In this document: positions 15,341 through 25,930 of the stretch, piece by piece | Layout: each line of letters begins with the position of its first letter | How positions within the stretch are numbered: the first letter of the stretch is position 1 | Assembly: GCA_047625765.1 (NCBI GenBank) | Contig: JBLHRE010000002.1 | Location: 1-39,841, forward strand | Origin: Flavobacteriales bacterium | GTDB lineage: Bacteria; Bacteroidota; Bacteroidia; Flavobacteriales; JBLHRE01 | Length of the DNA stretch: 39,841 bases | Direction of reading: 5' to 3' | Translations under genes and position numbers: made by a program | The notes under the pieces: generated by a model | What the model was told of the DNA's origin: nothing | The model's database searches: none | What the model saw: only the letters and a program-made list of their open reading frames with translations

Positions 15341-16863
15341 TATGCAATGTTTTTTAATGCGGTTTCCATACGGTTTACCACTTCTGATTTACCAAGAATA
15401 CTACAAATATCAAACATAGAAGGTCCCATTCCTTTTCCGGTTACCGCCAATCTAAAACCTGGACCTACTTGTCCAAATCCCAATTCTTTTTTAGCAAGAA
15501 ACTCAGAAAAACAAGCTTCAATAGCAGCAGAACTAAAATCGTCCATTGCGCTGAAGAGTTCTTTTAGCTCGGTAACAATGGCGGGAGTACTGTCCTTCCA
15601 TTTTTTCTTTACCGTTTTTTCATCGTACGAAGTTGGTGCTTCAAAAAAGAACCTTCCTTCTTCTAGCATATCGGCAACAAAAGTGGAGCGTTCTTTCATC
15701 AACTCACAAATAGCAGGAAGTGTTTCAGGGTTAAAAAACAATCCGTTTTCCTTCAATATTGGGATTAATAAGGCTGCCAACTCTTCATTACTATGTGCTC
15801 TTAGATATTGTTGATTGAACCATTTTGTTTTATCAAAATCAAATTTGGCGCCAGATTTATTTACACGTTCAAGGGTAAATGCTGCAACCAATTCGTCCAT
15901 CGAAAATAACTCTTGTTCGGTACCGGGGTTCCATCCTAAGAAAGAAAGCATATTGATAAATGCATCAGGGAAATAACCATTTTCTCTGTAACCAGAAGAG
16001 GCTTCTTTGGTTTCTGGATTTACCCAGTTTGTTGGGAAAACAGGGAAACCCAAACGATCGCCATCACGCTTGCTTAATTTACCGTTACCATCAGGTTTCA
16101 AAATCAATGGTAAATGGGCAAATTCGGGCATATCCCAACCTAAATATTTATAAAGTAAAACATGCAATGGGGCAGAAGGCAACCATTCTTCACCTCTAAT
16201 AACATGTGTAATTTTCATCAAATAATCATCCACCACATTCGCCAAATGGTAAGTAGGCATTCCGTCCGATTTAAACAAAACCTTATCGTCTAGATTTGCG
16301 GTGTTCACAACAACCCAACCACGGATTATATCATTGAAACGAACCTCTTCGTTTCTAGGCATTTTTACCCTTATAACATATTGATCGCCAGCCTCTAAAC
16401 GCTTACCAACCTCTTCTGCAGAAAGCGTTAAAGAGTTTTTCATAGACGAACGATTTACAGCATTGTATTGTGGAGAGGGAACTCCAGCAGCCTTTAAACG
16501 ATCGCGCATTGCAGTTAACTCTTCCGAAGTATCAAAAGCATAATACGCAGTACCATTTTCTAACATTTGTTCGGCATACTGGCGATACATGGCTTTCCTT
16601 TCACTTTGTCTGTAAGGACCATAAGGGCCATCGGCACCTATACCTTCGTCAACTTTAATTCCACACCAAGCCAAAGCATCAACTATATAATCTTCTGCAC
16701 CAGGCACAAAACGCGCTTGATCGGTATCTTCTACTCTTAAAAGAAAATCTCCATTGTGCTTTTTAGCAAAGAGATAATTGTACAATGCTGTTCTTACACC
16801 ACCCATGTGTAATGGGCCAGTTGGACTTGGGGCAAAACGTACCCTTACGCGATTGTTTTCCAT
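15340..16863 (-). CDS. gltX: glutamate--tRNA ligase
   Basis: Class I HIGH-type motif (PSPTGPLHMGGVRTALYNY) and KMSKS-type motif (GKLSKRDG). Confidence 0.95.
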   Translation of the reverse strand: MENNRVRVRFAPSPTGPLHMGGVRTALYNYLFAKKHNGDFLLRVEDTDQARFVPGAEDYIVDALAWCGIKVDEGIGADGPYGPYRQSERKAMYRQYAEQMLENGTAYYAFDTSEELTAMRDRLKAAGVPSPQYNAVNRSSMKNSLTLSAEEVGKRLEAGDQYVIRVKMPRNEEVRFNDIIRGWVVVNTANLDDKVLFKSDGMPTYHLANVVDDYLMKITHVIRGEEWLPSAPLHVLLYKYLGWDMPEFAHLPLILKPDGNGKLSKRDGDRLGFPVFPTNWVNPETKEASSGYRENGYFPDAFINMLSFLGWNPGTEQELFSMDELVAAFTLERVNKSGAKFDFDKTKWFNQQYLRAHSNEELAALLIPILKENGLFFNPETLPAICELMKERSTFVADMLEEGRFFFEAPTSYDEKTVKKKWKDSTPAIVTELKELFSAMDDFSSAAIEACFSEFLAKKELGFGQVGPGFRLAVTGKGMGPSMFDICSILGKSEVVNRMETALKNIA

Positions 16864-16882
16864 GCTTTTTTCTTTAAGGCGG

Positions 16883-16890
16883 CAAAGATA
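16883..16890 (-). promoter_or_regulatory. -7 box TATCTTTG for gltX
   Basis: caaagata on the + strand is TAtcTTTG on the minus strand, about 20 nt upstream of the gltX ATG. Confidence 0.45.
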
Positions 16891-16966
16891 CCATTCTATA
16901 CCAAATCAACGTTATTTAAAAGTGTTTAAGGCACTGCAAATAAGATTACTTGCTGTTATTATTTAC

Positions 16967-16974
16967 TACTTTTG
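16967..16974 (+). promoter_or_regulatory. -7 box TACTTTTG immediately upstream of the ATG at 16980
   Basis: Exact TAnnTTTG ending 5 nt before the ATG. This implies a leaderless or near-leaderless mRNA if that ATG is used. Confidence 0.4.
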
Positions 16975-16979
16975 CAAGT

Positions 16980-19900
16980 ATGCAGAACTCCTATCTATAT
17001 CTCATCAATAAATTAGATGCTTTTATCAAGCGGTTTTATAAAAACCGCCTGTTAAAAGGCTTTATCTATTCATTAGCTTTATGGTTGAGTTTTTACTTGA
17101 TTGTTGCTTTTGCTGAATATTTTTTTCGTTTTGACACCCTTACCAGAACCGTACTTTTTTATCTGTTTGTAATAGTAAATGGCGCAATAGGATACAAGTA
17201 TTTGGTTGTTCCAATTTTGCGCCTGTATCAGATCGGAGATAGAATATCGCACCAACAAGCAGCGGGAATATTAGGGAATCATTTTCCAGAGGTAAGCGAC
17301 AAACTTTTAAACCTTTTGCAATTAAATTCTGATGCTGGAAATAATGACTTGGCTATGGCAAGTGTTATTCAAAAGTCGGAAGATTTGAAATTGGTTAATT
17401 TCTCAAATGCCATTGATTTTAAAGCGAACAAGAAGTATTTGAAATATGCAAGTATCCCGGTTTTGGTGATTCTTATTTTATTGGTTTCTGGCAGAAAGGA
17501 AATTCTGAGTTCTGCTACCCATAGAATCATTAACCATACAGAATCATTTGTGCCACCACCACCATTTGTATTAGAGATTGTTAATGAGGAGCTTACGGGC
17601 AGAGTAGGGTCTAATTTTGATCTGCGGGTAAAGCTTATTGGTGATACTTCGCCAGAGAAACTGTTTGTTGTTTTTAATGGACAACGTTATCAATCTTCTA
17701 AATTTAATACGGGTGAGTTTGGATTTAGCTTCAAAAATCTATCGAGAGACATTTCATTCCGCATAGAATCTGGAGTAGTAAAAAGCGAAGATTTTCTTTT
17801 GAAGGTGGTTCCTTCTCCTATCATTTCCAATTTCCAGGTTGATTTGGATTATCCTAAGTACACAGGTATAAAAGACGAACTGTTAGAAAACATTGGTGAT
17901 CTATCCATTCCAGCAGGAACCATAATAAAATGGAAAGTTGCGACTAAGAATGTAGACCAGCTTATCCTAAAGGCTACTGATTCGGTATTGATTGCAGATA
18001 AGGGAGGCAATGGTTTTTATGCATTGGAGTACCAATCAAATACACCGTTTAAATATACCTTATCTACTGAAAATCAATTTGTTAAAGATAATTTATCGCT
18101 GGAATACTCTGTTGATATTATTGCTGATTTATACCCAAGAATCAATGTGAAGTCTATTAAGGATTCGTTGGACTTGCAGAATTATTATTTCTCTGGATTG
18201 ATAAATGATGACTACGGATTTAGTAATTTAAGTTTGAAATACCGAAAATCTGGCGATAAAGAGTTTAATTCTAAAAGGCTCGATATTCCGACAGGGACAA
18301 CGAACCATCCATTTTTTTACTACTGGGATTTAAAAACAGATTCATTGGAACAAGGATCAACTTACGAGTATTATTTTCAGGTTTTTGACAATGATGGGGT
18401 TAATGGTTGCAAGTCTGCCCGCACAAATTTGGCAATTCTTAAAGTACTAAGTAAAGAAGATTTAAGAGACAAAAAGAGTAAGGATGATGCAGATTTAAAG
18501 AAGGATCTTTTCGAGGCGGTAAACGAGGCCAAGGTAATTAAGGACGAAATAGCGAAGCTGCACAAAGACCTGTTGCAAAAGAAAAAAATGACCTGGCAGG
18601 ACGAGGAAAGATTAAAGAAAATATTAGAGCAACAAAAGAAATTAGAGCAGAAGGTACAGAAGCTGGCAGACGAACAAAAAAAGAACAATGACAAGCGTTC
18701 TTCATTAAGTCCCGTGGAAGAACGCTTACTTGAAAAGCAAAAGCGATTGGAACAATTGTTTAACGAAGTTTTAAGTGAAGAAAATAAGGAGATGTTGCGT
18801 GAAATGGAGGAACTGATGAAGAACCTCGACAAAGAATCTTTGGAAAAGGACTTGGAAAAATTGCAGTTGAAGAATGAGAATATTGAGAAAGAATTGGATA
18901 GGAATTTAGAGCTTTTTAAAGAATTGGAATTTGAGCAGAAATTGGAAGAGCAAATCCAACGCTTAGATGAACTGTCAGAAGAGCAAGACGCGTTGAACAA
19001 GGAGCTTGAAAACTCCGACAAGAAGGATTTGGATAAATTAAAAGAGAAGCAAGATTCATTAAATAAGAAATTTGAGAAGTTTTCTGAAGAAGAAAGAAAG
19101 CTAGAGGATTTGAATGATGCTTTAGAAAAACCTAAAAAGTTACCAAATAACGAAGAAAAAGAGCAAGAGGTAAAAGAAGATATGGAAGGTGCATCCGAAA
19201 AGATGGAATCTGGAGATAAAAAAGATTCGGATAAAAAACAAAAAGATGCCAAGAAAGGCATGGATGAAATGAAGGAAGAAATGGAAGGGATGCAAGGACA
19301 GATGGCAGCCGCTAAGCAATCAGAGGACATGGAGGCTCTAAGACAGCTTTTAGACAACCTTGTCAAGCTTTCCTTAGACCAGGAAGGAGTGATGGATGAT
19401 CTTGCTTCTACCGAAGGGTCTGACCCTCGTTACAAAGCCATCATTAGAAATCAATATAGAATACAAGAGGAGTCTGTTTTAATACAGGACTCTTTGGAGG
19501 CTTTAAGCAAGCGTGTAGAACAGATTGAGCCAGTTGTTACGCGTGAGTTGTCTTTGGTGGTGGATAATATAGGTAAGTCTATTGCATATTTGGCGGACGG
19601 TAAAAGGCCAGAAGCACAATCGCGCCAACAATATGTTATGACATCCGCTAACAATTTGGCATTGCTGTTAGATGAAGTATTGCAGCAAATGCAGAAGCAA
19701 ATGTCAGAGATGATGAAGGGAGATCAGAATTGCCAGAAACCAGGCAATGGCAAACCGTCACCAAGCTCAATGGAAAGCATGAGCAAGAAGCTCAAGGATC
19801 AGTTGGGTAAGATGAAAGGAATGAAGGGGAAAGGCGAAAAGCCAGGCGATAAACCAGGAGGAGGTAAGTCGGGTAAAGGAGGTATGAGTAAAGAGTTTGC

Positions 19901-20312
19901 AAGGATGGCCGCAGAACAGGAGGCATTAAGGCAGCAGTTGCAGGAAATGTCGGATGAGATGTCGAATGGAAAAGGAAATGGAAGCAACCCTATTGATAAA
20001 GCGATTAAGAATCTGGAAGAAAATCAGGATGATTTAATCAACGGTAGAATTACGAAAGAAACCTTAAAGCGCCAAGAAGATATTCTTACGCGCTTGTTGG
20101 AGGCAGAGAAAAGTGAACGCGAAAGAGAGAAAGACAACAAGCGTAAGTCTAATGAGAACTTGATCGATTATGAATTGGATAGCCCGAATGGTAAGCAATT
20201 GGAATTGTTAAAAAAGAACCAGAAGGAACTCTTAAATAAAGCGCCTTTAAATCTTTCTCCGTATTATAAAAACAGATCTAAAGAGTACTTTAAAACACTG
20301 CCTAATGAGTAA
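16980..20312 (+). CDS. large membrane protein with long K/E-rich coiled-coil region (DUF4175-like)
   Basis: N-terminal TM helices, a beta-rich middle and about 1.7 kb of Lys/Glu/Asp/Gln-rich low-complexity sequence. The ORF-track start at 16950 is TTG, so the ATG at 16980 (MQNSYLYLINK) is preferred. The family name is recalled from Bacteroidota synteny with ybeY and is not verified. Confidence 0.75.
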   Translation: MQNSYLYLINKLDAFIKRFYKNRLLKGFIYSLALWLSFYLIVAFAEYFFRFDTLTRTVLFYLFVIVNGAIGYKYLVVPILRLYQIGDRISHQQAAGILGNHFPEVSDKLLNLLQLNSDAGNNDLAMASVIQKSEDLKLVNFSNAIDFKANKKYLKYASIPVLVILILLVSGRKEILSSATHRIINHTESFVPPPPFVLEIVNEELTGRVGSNFDLRVKLIGDTSPEKLFVVFNGQRYQSSKFNTGEFGFSFKNLSRDISFRIESGVVKSEDFLLKVVPSPIISNFQVDLDYPKYTGIKDELLENIGDLSIPAGTIIKWKVATKNVDQLILKATDSVLIADKGGNGFYALEYQSNTPFKYTLSTENQFVKDNLSLEYSVDIIADLYPRINVKSIKDSLDLQNYYFSGLINDDYGFSNLSLKYRKSGDKEFNSKRLDIPTGTTNHPFFYYWDLKTDSLEQGSTYEYYFQVFDNDGVNGCKSARTNLAILKVLSKEDLRDKKSKDDADLKKDLFEAVNEAKVIKDEIAKLHKDLLQKKKMTWQDEERLKKILEQQKKLEQKVQKLADEQKKNNDKRSSLSPVEERLLEKQKRLEQLFNEVLSEENKEMLREMEELMKNLDKESLEKDLEKLQLKNENIEKELDRNLELFKELEFEQKLEEQIQRLDELSEEQDALNKELENSDKKDLDKLKEKQDSLNKKFEKFSEEERKLEDLNDALEKPKKLPNNEEKEQEVKEDMEGASEKMESGDKKDSDKKQKDAKKGMDEMKEEMEGMQGQMAAAKQSEDMEALRQLLDNLVKLSLDQEGVMDDLASTEGSDPRYKAIIRNQYRIQEESVLIQDSLEALSKRVEQIEPVVTRELSLVVDNIGKSIAYLADGKRPEAQSRQQYVMTSANNLALLLDEVLQQMQKQMSEMMKGDQNCQKPGNGKPSPSSMESMSKKLKDQLGKMKGMKGKGEKPGDKPGGGKSGKGGMSKEFARMAAEQEALRQQLQEMSDEMSNGKGNGSNPIDKAIKNLEENQDDLINGRITKETLKRQEDILTRLLEAEKSEREREKDNKRKSNENLIDYELDSPNGKQLELLKKNQKELLNKAPLNLSPYYKNRSKEYFKTLPNE

Positions 20313-20739
20313 TATATTATTCGAATCACTAAACGATTTTCGGCTACATGATGAGGGCTATTTGGACCAATGGCTGTCTGGAATTATTTTGTCAGAAGGA
20401 AAGGAGCTTGGAGAGTTGAGTTATTTCTTTTGTAGCGATGATTATTTATTGGCGCTAAATATGGAGCACCTAGATCATGATACGTATACCGATATTATCA
20501 CATTTGATTACTGCGAAGGAGATGTTGTTCACTCAGATATTTTCGTTTCCACAGACAGGGTAAAAGAGAATGCAGAAACTAATAATGTAAGTTTTGAGGA
20601 GGAATTGCATAGAGTGATGGTGCACGGAATTCTGCACCTATTAGGGCAAGGAGATAAGACAGAAGCGGAGGCATTGGAGATGAAAATCAAGGAAAATGCA
20701 TCATTAAAAACGAGACCTAAATCGCTTTTAAGCGATTGA
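20305..20739 (+). CDS. ybeY: rRNA maturation RNase YbeY
   Basis: HRVMVHGILHLLGQGD zinc-binding motif and ~144-aa length. 8-nt overlap with the upstream gene. Confidence 0.9.
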   Translation: MSNILFESLNDFRLHDEGYLDQWLSGIILSEGKELGELSYFFCSDDYLLALNMEHLDHDTYTDIITFDYCEGDVVHSDIFVSTDRVKENAETNNVSFEEELHRVMVHGILHLLGQGDKTEAEALEMKIKENASLKTRPKSLLSD

Positions 20740-20755
20740 TGTTTCACGTGAAACA
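20740..20755. repeat. 16-bp perfect palindrome TGTTTCACGTGAAACA
   Basis: Starts 1 nt after the ybeY stop and lies 8 nt before the mnmG ATG. Confidence 0.9.
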
Positions 20756-20763
20756 ATAGAGAT

Positions 20764-22632
20764 ATGTTTGAGGATATTTATGATGTTGTAGTTGTTGGCG
20801 GAGGTCATGCTGGTTGCGAGGCTGCAGCAGCTGCTGCTAACTTGGGGTCGAAAACACTACTGGTTACAATGAGCTTACAGAACATTGCGCAGATGTCTTG
20901 TAATCCTGCAATGGGTGGAATTGCCAAAGGGCAGATCGTAAGAGAGATTGATGCTTTAGGCGGTTATAGCGGAATTGTAACCGACAAAACAATGATCCAA
21001 TTTAGGATGCTGAACAGGTCTAAGGGGCCTGCAATGCATAGCCCAAGAGCGCAGAGCGACCGCATGCGTTTTGCTGAGGAATGGAGATTAATGTTGGAGC
21101 GAACGGACAGTTTGGATTTTTGGCAAGAGATGGTTACCGAGATTATTGTTGAAAACGGGAAGGTCTGTGGTGTAAAAACTGCAATGGGAATTGAGATAAG
21201 ATCTAAGTCTGTTATTCTAACCAATGGCACCTTTTTAAATGGAACTATCCATATTGGCGAAAAGAAATTTGGAGGAGGAAGAGCAGGAGAGTCTGCTAGT
21301 TTCGGAATAACAGAACAGCTTGTTTCTTTGGGTTTCGAAAGTGGAAGAATGAAAACAGGAACGCCTCCAAGGGTGGACGGAAGGTCCTTGGATTATTCTA
21401 AAATGGAGGAACAAAGTGGCGATGTTAACCCAAACAAATTTAGTTACACTTCAACAGAAAATTTAACGAAACAAAGAAGTTGTTACATCACTTATACCAA
21501 TCCTGAGGTGCATGAAGTTTTACGTGAAGGCTTCGAAAAGTCACCGATGTTCACGGGTAGAATTCAGGGTTTAGGACCGAGGTATTGTCCATCGATCGAG
21601 GATAAAATTGACCGTTTTGCAGATAAAAACAGGCACCAGATTTTTGTGGAGCCGGAGGGCTGGGAAACGTGTGAAATATATGTGAATGGATTTTCTACAT
21701 CATTGCCAGAGGATATTCAGAGTAAGGCGATTCGTTTGATTCCTGGTTTCGAGAACGTGAAAATGTTTAGACCGGGCTATGCTATTGAGTATGATTTTTT
21801 CCCGCCAACACAATTGAAACATACCCTAGAAACCAAATTGGTTTCGGGATTGTATTTCTCTGGTCAAATTAATGGAACAACTGGATACGAAGAAGCGGCT
21901 TGCCAAGGACTGATGGCGGGCATCAATGCTCATTTAAAAATAAGGGGAAAGGATGAGTTTATTTTGCCAAGATCAGAAGCTTATATAGGAGTTCTGATTG
22001 ATGATTTAATTACAAAAGGTACAGATGAGCCGTATAGGATGTTTACCTCTAGGGCGGAATACAGGTTGTTGTTAAGACAAGATAATGCGGATATTCGATT
22101 AACGAAAAAAGGATTTGATTTAGGTTTAGCATCAAAAGAGCGCTTGGATAGGATGAATGAAAAAGTTCGCCTGTCAAGTATATTAAGTGAGTTTCTGAGA
22201 GTTACTAGCGGAAGCCCTGACGAGCTTAATTCTATTTTAGAGGGCTTGGAGTCTGCAACTATCAAACAAAAAACGAGGTTGTTTCAGATCTTGGCTAGAC
22301 CTCAGGTTGCTTTTTCGGACTTACGTATTTTGCCTAAAATCGAAAAATTTCTGCTAGATAATGCTATAGACGAAGAGTCTATAGAGCAAATGGAAATAGA
22401 GTGTAAGTACTCTGGATATTTGCAAAAGGAAAAAGACAATGCAGCAAAACTAAGTAGATTAGAAGGCTTGAAAATTCCGGACTATGTGGATTATGAAACT
22501 TTAAAATCTTTGTCAACAGAGGCAAAAGAAAAGTTAGGTAAGATTAAACCAAAAACAATTGCACAAGCATCTCGAATAAGTGGAGTCTCTCCTTCTGATG
22601 TTTCTGTTCTATTGGTGCATATGGGTAGGTAA
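20764..22632 (+). CDS. mnmG: tRNA uridine 5-carboxymethylaminomethyl modification enzyme MnmG (GidA)
   Basis: [19 protein letters not shown] motif, [11 protein letters not shown], and 622-aa length. Confidence 0.95.
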   Translation: MFEDIYDVVVVGGGHAGCEAAAAAANLGSKTLLVTMSLQNIAQMSCNPAMGGIAKGQIVREIDALGGYSGIVTDKTMIQFRMLNRSKGPAMHSPRAQSDRMRFAEEWRLMLERTDSLDFWQEMVTEIIVENGKVCGVKTAMGIEIRSKSVILTNGTFLNGTIHIGEKKFGGGRAGESASFGITEQLVSLGFESGRMKTGTPPRVDGRSLDYSKMEEQSGDVNPNKFSYTSTENLTKQRSCYITYTNPEVHEVLREGFEKSPMFTGRIQGLGPRYCPSIEDKIDRFADKNRHQIFVEPEGWETCEIYVNGFSTSLPEDIQSKAIRLIPGFENVKMFRPGYAIEYDFFPPTQLKHTLETKLVSGLYFSGQINGTTGYEEAACQGLMAGINAHLKIRGKDEFILPRSEAYIGVLIDDLITKGTDEPYRMFTSRAEYRLLLRQDNADIRLTKKGFDLGLASKERLDRMNEKVRLSSILSEFLRVTSGSPDELNSILEGLESATIKQKTRLFQILARPQVAFSDLRILPKIEKFLLDNAIDEESIEQMEIECKYSGYLQKEKDNAAKLSRLEGLKIPDYVDYETLKSLSTEAKEKLGKIKPKTIAQASRISGVSPSDVSVLLVHMGR

Positions 22633-22634
22633 TT

Positions 22635-22648
22635 GTTTCACGTGAAAC
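22635..22648. repeat. 14-bp perfect palindrome GTTTCACGTGAAAC (second copy)
   Basis: Starts 3 nt after the mnmG stop codon, with the same core as 20741-20754. Confidence 0.9.
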
Positions 22649-22840
22649 GAGCTATACTTTTTAGGGGTATGTATCGTTCTTTAATGGTATTTAGCATTTT
22701 GACTCTAAGCTTGGAGGTTATTTTGCAAAATTGAGCATTTAAAGACCTATTTCGGCATAAAGGGTCGCTCTGGACTAAGTACTAGAGAAAGTCAAAATAA
22801 GCGCTTAAACTTTAATTTTTTACAACTTACTATAAATCAA

Positions 22841-25171
22841 ATGGTTAAACTAGCTAATGTTGGGTATTTGTCCTTTTTAAGAGGGTTTTTTACGATTTGC
22901 ATGTTTTTTAGCGGATTGGGCCAAGTCATTTCTCAAGAGGTTTCGATCGGAGCTTGGAGAACGCACTTGCCATTATCCAATTGCACCAAAGTTGTTCTAA
23001 ATGGAAATTTTGTTTTTGGAATGACCGATAATGGAATTCTTAAATACGATAGGGGTGATAATAGTTTAGAAAAAATTACAAAGCAAAATGGTTTGTCCGG
23101 AGTCGATTTGACCACAATGGCTGTTCATGAGGAATTGGATATTGTATTGATTGGATATCAAGATGGGCAATTGGATTTAATGCGCGGAAATGATATTGTT
23201 GGACTTGGAGACATTGTGCGTTCTAATATTATTGGGAACAAAAAAATAAACCAAATTGAAATTATAGATAACCTCGCATACTTGGCTTGTGGTTTTGGAG
23301 TTGTGGTTTATGATTTACAGAGGTTAGAGTTTAAGGAAACTTATATTATTGGGCCCAATGCAAGTACCTTGGAAGTATTTGATATTACTATTCTAAATAA
23401 CCAAATCTACGCTTCAACTCCTTCGGGACTTTATCAGGCAAGTGCAGTAAATGTCAATCTAATAGATTTTAACAATTGGTCGGTGGTTCAAGAGTTGCCA
23501 AAAAGTTCGTTTGGAGAATTGGAGGTTTTTCAAGGAAGATTGATTGCTGAAAATTCGAATGCTGCGTATAACCAAGATACCTTATATCAAAACATTGATG
23601 GTTTCTGGTCAGAATTTGCTCCAGGTAATTATTATTCGGTGGAGGAGCTTAGTGTAAGCAATAATACGTTGCTAGTTGTACATCCTTACGGTATTCAATG
23701 GTACGACACCAAGTTTAGCTTAGGGCCTTCTATAAGCAACCTAACAGCTCCTTTTAGGCCGAGATCTGCCCTAATCGATGAGTATGGTCATTATTGGATT
23801 GGAAGTGCTGATTTTGGCTTAATAAACAAATGGTATGATGGTCGTACAGACGTACTAAGTGTGAACACTCCAAAATACAGAGATGTTTTTAACTTATACA
23901 GTGCCAACAACAAGGTGTATTCTAGTACAGGAGGGTACGGTCCGGCTATGAATAGCATTTATAGCACTAAAGGATATGCCGCTTACGAGAATTTTGAATG
24001 GCGCAATTACCCAGTAGACTATGAGCGAGATAGTGTTTTTGATATAATAATGACAATTCCAGACCCTCAGGATCCTTCTGTATTATATGCAGCAACTTGG
24101 AATTACGGCTTAGCCAAATACAAAGACAATGTATTAATAGAGCGTTATGATGCAAATAATAGCAGCCTGCAAGACTATGAGGACACAGGGAATGAAAGAG
24201 TAGGTAGTTTAGCTTTTGATTCGGATCATAATTTGTGGATGACCAATTCTGAGGCACAAAACCCACTATCGGTGATGTATGATGATGGAACTTGGCAGTC
24301 TTATTCTATGAAACCTTTTGCCCAAGGCGATAAAATGGATAAATTTATTATCCACTCCTCTGGTCAAAAATGGTTGCAAGTTTTTAGAAAAGGGCTTATT
24401 GTCTTTGATGATAATAACACTCCAACAAACACAAACGATGATGTGCGAAAGTTTTTAGGAGCAGGCGAGGGAAATGGAAATTTACCATCTACCGATGTCA
24501 AATGTTTAGCCGAGGATTTGGATGGAGAAATATGGGTTGGGACTAGCCAAGGTTTAGCCGTTATTTATAATCCAGAGTTTATTATTGAAAATGATAATAT
24601 AGAAGCGCAACCCATATTAATTAACGACAATGGGGTTGTCAATCAACTTCTAGAAAATGAAGGAGTGCAAGCGATTGCTGTGGATGGTGCCAATAGAAAA
24701 TGGATAGGAACAGCGTCATCTGGAGTGTTTCTATTTTCGGAAAATGGGCAAGAAGTATTGGCTAATTTCACAACAGAAAATAGCCCATTGCTTTCAAATA
24801 ACATTTTGTCGGTTGCTATCAACCAAACCAACGGAGAGGTGTTTGTAGGGACAGAAAAGGGACTCGTATCTTATAGAGGAACAGCAACAGAAGGAGTGGA
24901 AAGTTTTGGGAGAGTGTATGCCTTTCCAAATCCAGTCAAACCAGGTTATGATGGACCAATAGCTATTACTGGTTTGGTCGGTGATACACAGTTTAAAATT
25001 ACAGACATCAGCGGGAATTTAGTTTTTCAAGGATCAGCAGAAGGGGGACAGGCTATTTGGGACGGAAAAACCCATGAAGGCCGTAAGGTGCAAACGGGAG
25101 TTTACCTGTTTTTTGTAACCAATTACGATGGCACAGAAACAGCTATTACCAAAATCGCTTTCATCAACTAG
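22841..25171 (+). CDS. beta-propeller protein with T9SS C-terminal sorting domain (PorZ-like)
   Basis: 776 aa with an N-terminal signal/anchor and repeated propeller-like blades (WIGT, VGT and LWM motifs). The C-terminal ~80 aa (VYAFPNPVKPG...GVYLFFV...TKIAFIN) has a typical T9SS CTD pattern. Size and architecture match PorZ. Confidence 0.6.
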   Translation: MVKLANVGYLSFLRGFFTICMFFSGLGQVISQEVSIGAWRTHLPLSNCTKVVLNGNFVFGMTDNGILKYDRGDNSLEKITKQNGLSGVDLTTMAVHEELDIVLIGYQDGQLDLMRGNDIVGLGDIVRSNIIGNKKINQIEIIDNLAYLACGFGVVVYDLQRLEFKETYIIGPNASTLEVFDITILNNQIYASTPSGLYQASAVNVNLIDFNNWSVVQELPKSSFGELEVFQGRLIAENSNAAYNQDTLYQNIDGFWSEFAPGNYYSVEELSVSNNTLLVVHPYGIQWYDTKFSLGPSISNLTAPFRPRSALIDEYGHYWIGSADFGLINKWYDGRTDVLSVNTPKYRDVFNLYSANNKVYSSTGGYGPAMNSIYSTKGYAAYENFEWRNYPVDYERDSVFDIIMTIPDPQDPSVLYAATWNYGLAKYKDNVLIERYDANNSSLQDYEDTGNERVGSLAFDSDHNLWMTNSEAQNPLSVMYDDGTWQSYSMKPFAQGDKMDKFIIHSSGQKWLQVFRKGLIVFDDNNTPTNTNDDVRKFLGAGEGNGNLPSTDVKCLAEDLDGEIWVGTSQGLAVIYNPEFIIENDNIEAQPILINDNGVVNQLLENEGVQAIAVDGANRKWIGTASSGVFLFSENGQEVLANFTTENSPLLSNNILSVAINQTNGEVFVGTEKGLVSYRGTATEGVESFGRVYAFPNPVKPGYDGPIAITGLVGDTQFKITDISGNLVFQGSAEGGQAIWDGKTHEGRKVQTGVYLFFVTNYDGTETAITKIAFIN

Positions 25172-25174
25172 CCC

Positions 25175-25909
25175 ATGCAAAAAGCCAAAGGGATAGTATT
25201 GCATCACATTCCTTATTCCGAAACCAGTATTGTAGCGCATGTTTTTACCCTAGAATTTGGGTTTAAATCATTTATGGTAAAAGGTGCCAGGAAACCAAAA
25301 GCGAAAATTAAAAAGTCAATATTTTTACCCTTGCAGGAGCTTCTACTTAATTTTTATCCTGCAAAATCGGATGATGGTATGTCTTTATTGTCTGCGGCAC
25401 AACCAATAAATATGAATCTTTACTTGGGCCAAGATGTTATCGTTTCATCCCTTTCATTTTTCATTGCAGAGGTTTCTTATAAGTCCTTGAAAAACGAACA
25501 GGAAAATCCATTTCTTTATCAATTTATAAGAGATTTTGGGCAAGGTCTGCAAGATCTAGACAGATCCAACTATGCTTTAATACCAAACTACTTTTTGGTA
25601 CAGCTGTCGTCTTTTTTGGGATTTATGGTTATCGGGGAAAGCAGCGAAAATTCTAAATACTTTGATATGGAGCATGGTGTCTTTGTTCCTTTTAAGCCCA
25701 AGAACGATTTATTCATGAGTTCGGGAACATCAAAACTGTTGCTTTCTTTGGCAAACAGTAAACTTGATGGACTAAAAGCAATTTCGAGCACAAAAACAGA
25801 TAGAACAGACTTAACCAACCAAATGCTTAAGTATTACAGTCTTCATGTAGCCCAATTTGGCAAAATAAAGTCGCTGGAAGTGCTTCAGTCTGTTTTTCAA
25901 GTGATGTGA
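25175..25909 (+). CDS. recO: DNA repair protein RecO
   Basis: N-terminal OB-fold pattern (KGIVLHHIPYSETSIVAHVFT), ~244-aa length and typical Bacteroidota RecO features. Confidence 0.8.
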   Translation: MQKAKGIVLHHIPYSETSIVAHVFTLEFGFKSFMVKGARKPKAKIKKSIFLPLQELLLNFYPAKSDDGMSLLSAAQPINMNLYLGQDVIVSSLSFFIAEVSYKSLKNEQENPFLYQFIRDFGQGLQDLDRSNYALIPNYFLVQLSSFLGFMVIGESSENSKYFDMEHGVFVPFKPKNDLFMSSGTSKLLLSLANSKLDGLKAISSTKTDRTDLTNQMLKYYSLHVAQFGKIKSLEVLQSVFQVM

Positions 25910-25930
25910 GCTTGCGACTTTAAAAAGCGC

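Noticed and set aside
18377-19366. 329-aa antisense ORF (Ser/Phe/Cys/Leu-rich) inside the large K/E-rich gene
   Set aside because: It is the mirror image of a GAA/AAG-rich coding strand. It is low-complexity with no motif, and the sense-strand gene is clearly real.
20529-20756. 75-aa minus-strand ORF starting inside the CACGTG palindrome
   Set aside because: It is antisense to ybeY, and its start is created by the palindrome itself.
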